From sequence record OQ850288: a DNA stretch of 64,000 nucleotides. The stretch is one strand, 5' to 3'. Within the stretch, counting starts at the first letter, position 1. Each line of letters opens with the position of its first letter. Under the pieces are notes generated by a model that worked only from the letters and a program-made list of their open reading frames with translations, ran no database searches and was not told the origin of the DNA. The translations under genes and the position numbers were made by a program. Shown one piece after another: positions 62,848 through 64,000 of the stretch. The DNA comes from Escherichia phage vB_EcoM_ULIM9.

Positions 62848-64000
62848 TATTTATTTGCCTTATTTGCTGTGCTTGGGTCTTTCGCTGAAGGTGTCTTTGC
62901 AGTACCTTCTCCAGCGGTCTTATAACCATCTCCTGAACGGCTTTGGCTATTTGGAGAAAGCTTTTCAGATACTGGCTGAGACTCATCAGCAGGAGGAAGA
63001 CCAATATGCTCTCTAAGCTTGTTAGATAGCTCTTTGTCAACTTCCAAAGCACCTACTGCAACAGTCTTCTGGATATAAGAACCAATTACTTCAAGGTCTG
63101 GGGTTTCGATATCATCATATGTGATTTGTACATGTTCTTCATCGTCCCACATATTAAGAGCATAAGTCTGTGCAACTAAATCACGGTTAATTACGTTCTT
63201 AATTTGCTTCAGCAGAATATCTACTGACATTGCTAGTAAGCTTGTCTTAGAATCTGCAAGAGAGAATGAACCGTATTTTGACTGACCCATAGCAAGAATA
63301 TCTGACATAAATGCCATCATAATCTGCTTAGAATATCTGTCAATAATAGAACCTGTATCGTATGCTTTAGCACCCTGTCTAGAAACTAATGAGAACTCAA
63401 AAATATCCTCTTTAGTATCTGGGTCGATATATCTAGGCCAGATTAAACCTGCTCTATCATTAGCAATCATATCGTTAACAACAGTTTTGCAGTATTGTAC
63501 GAAAGCTTTCTTTTCAGGTTCTGCATTTTCATCCAGATAATCTGGTGGTAAACCAATCTTTGGCATACCTACCAAGTCTCTTGAAACACCAACGGCTTCG
63601 TACTCTTCAATCTGAACTTTATACTTCCACGGTACATAGGCATTAAGTAATGGTGAACGACCTTCTGGGTTTCCATATTCATCATCATACTTAAACAGCA
63701 TGAATTTAGCTCGTGGAAGTTTTCTTGTTAGTGGCCTTTCTCCGAGATTAATTGCCCCAGCAATATGTGAAACATTTCTCAGATTCTGTCTAACACCAGT
63801 AACTTTTCTAAAGTCTTCGTCAAAATACCACTTATCAAGTGTTGATTGGTTTCTGATTGGTAATTTAGCCCATCCAATCAGACCATCATCAAATTTTGAC
63901 TGGTACTTTCCTTTTTTACCCTGTCGCTTCTTATAAACTTTCTCGTTAACACAGAACCCATAAGTGCAGAATGACATTACAGAATTAATAAAATCTGCCC
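62847..64000 (-). CDS. portal protein (probably truncated at the window edge)
   Basis: position upstream of protease/scaffold; no in-frame stop between the track start (63977) and position 64000, so the N-terminus likely lies outside the window. Confidence 0.5.
   Translation of the reverse strand, partial: ADFINSVMSFCTYGFCVNEKVYKKRQGKKGKYQSKFDDGLIGWAKLPIRNQSTLDKWYFDEDFRKVTGVRQNLRNVSHIAGAINLGERPLTRKLPRAKFMLFKYDDEYGNPEGRSPLLNAYVPWKYKVQIEEYEAVGVSRDLVGMPKIGLPPDYLDENAEPEKKAFVQYCKTVVNDMIANDRAGLIWPRYIDPDTKEDIFEFSLVSRQGAKAYDTGSIIDRYSKQIMMAFMSDILAMGQSKYGSFSLADSKTSLLAMSVDILLKQIKNVINRDLVAQTYALNMWDDEEHVQITYDDIETPDLEVIGSYIQKTVAVGALEVDKELSNKLREHIGLPPADESQPVSEKLSPNSQSRSGDGYKTAGEGTAKTPSAKDPSTANKANK

Overview
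This window reads as a densely coded stretch of a virulent contractile-tailed phage genome, AT-rich by eye, with gene content resembling Felix O1-like myoviruses; all calls rest on reading the translated ORFs and sequence by eye, with no database search run. Coordinates 1-11,200 hold a minus-strand array of small early/accessory genes separated by a repeated ~90-bp intergenic cassette, plus a macro-domain protein, a spanin-like overlapped pair, a HAD-like hydrolase, a secreted lytic transglycosylase and a GHKL ATPase. Coordinates 11,200-42,500 hold nucleotide metabolism and replication: a Nampt-like and Prs-like pair (candidate NAD+ reconstitution pathway) split by a homing endonuclease, anaerobic and aerobic ribonucleotide reductases, glutaredoxin, flap endonuclease, SSB-like protein, primase-helicase, DNA polymerase, ligase, DHFR and thymidylate synthase, with three paralogous HNH and one GIY-YIG-like homing endonucleases. 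Coordinates 43,100-64,000 hold a minus-strand morphogenesis module running from two His-rich tail fibres through baseplate, tape measure, tube and sheath to a lambda-like head block and a portal cut by the window edge. No rRNA, tRNA, CRISPR array or integrase was recognised. The most interesting candidates are the Nampt/Prs operon, the macro-domain protein, the repeated intergenic cassettes and two repeat-rich non-coding regions.
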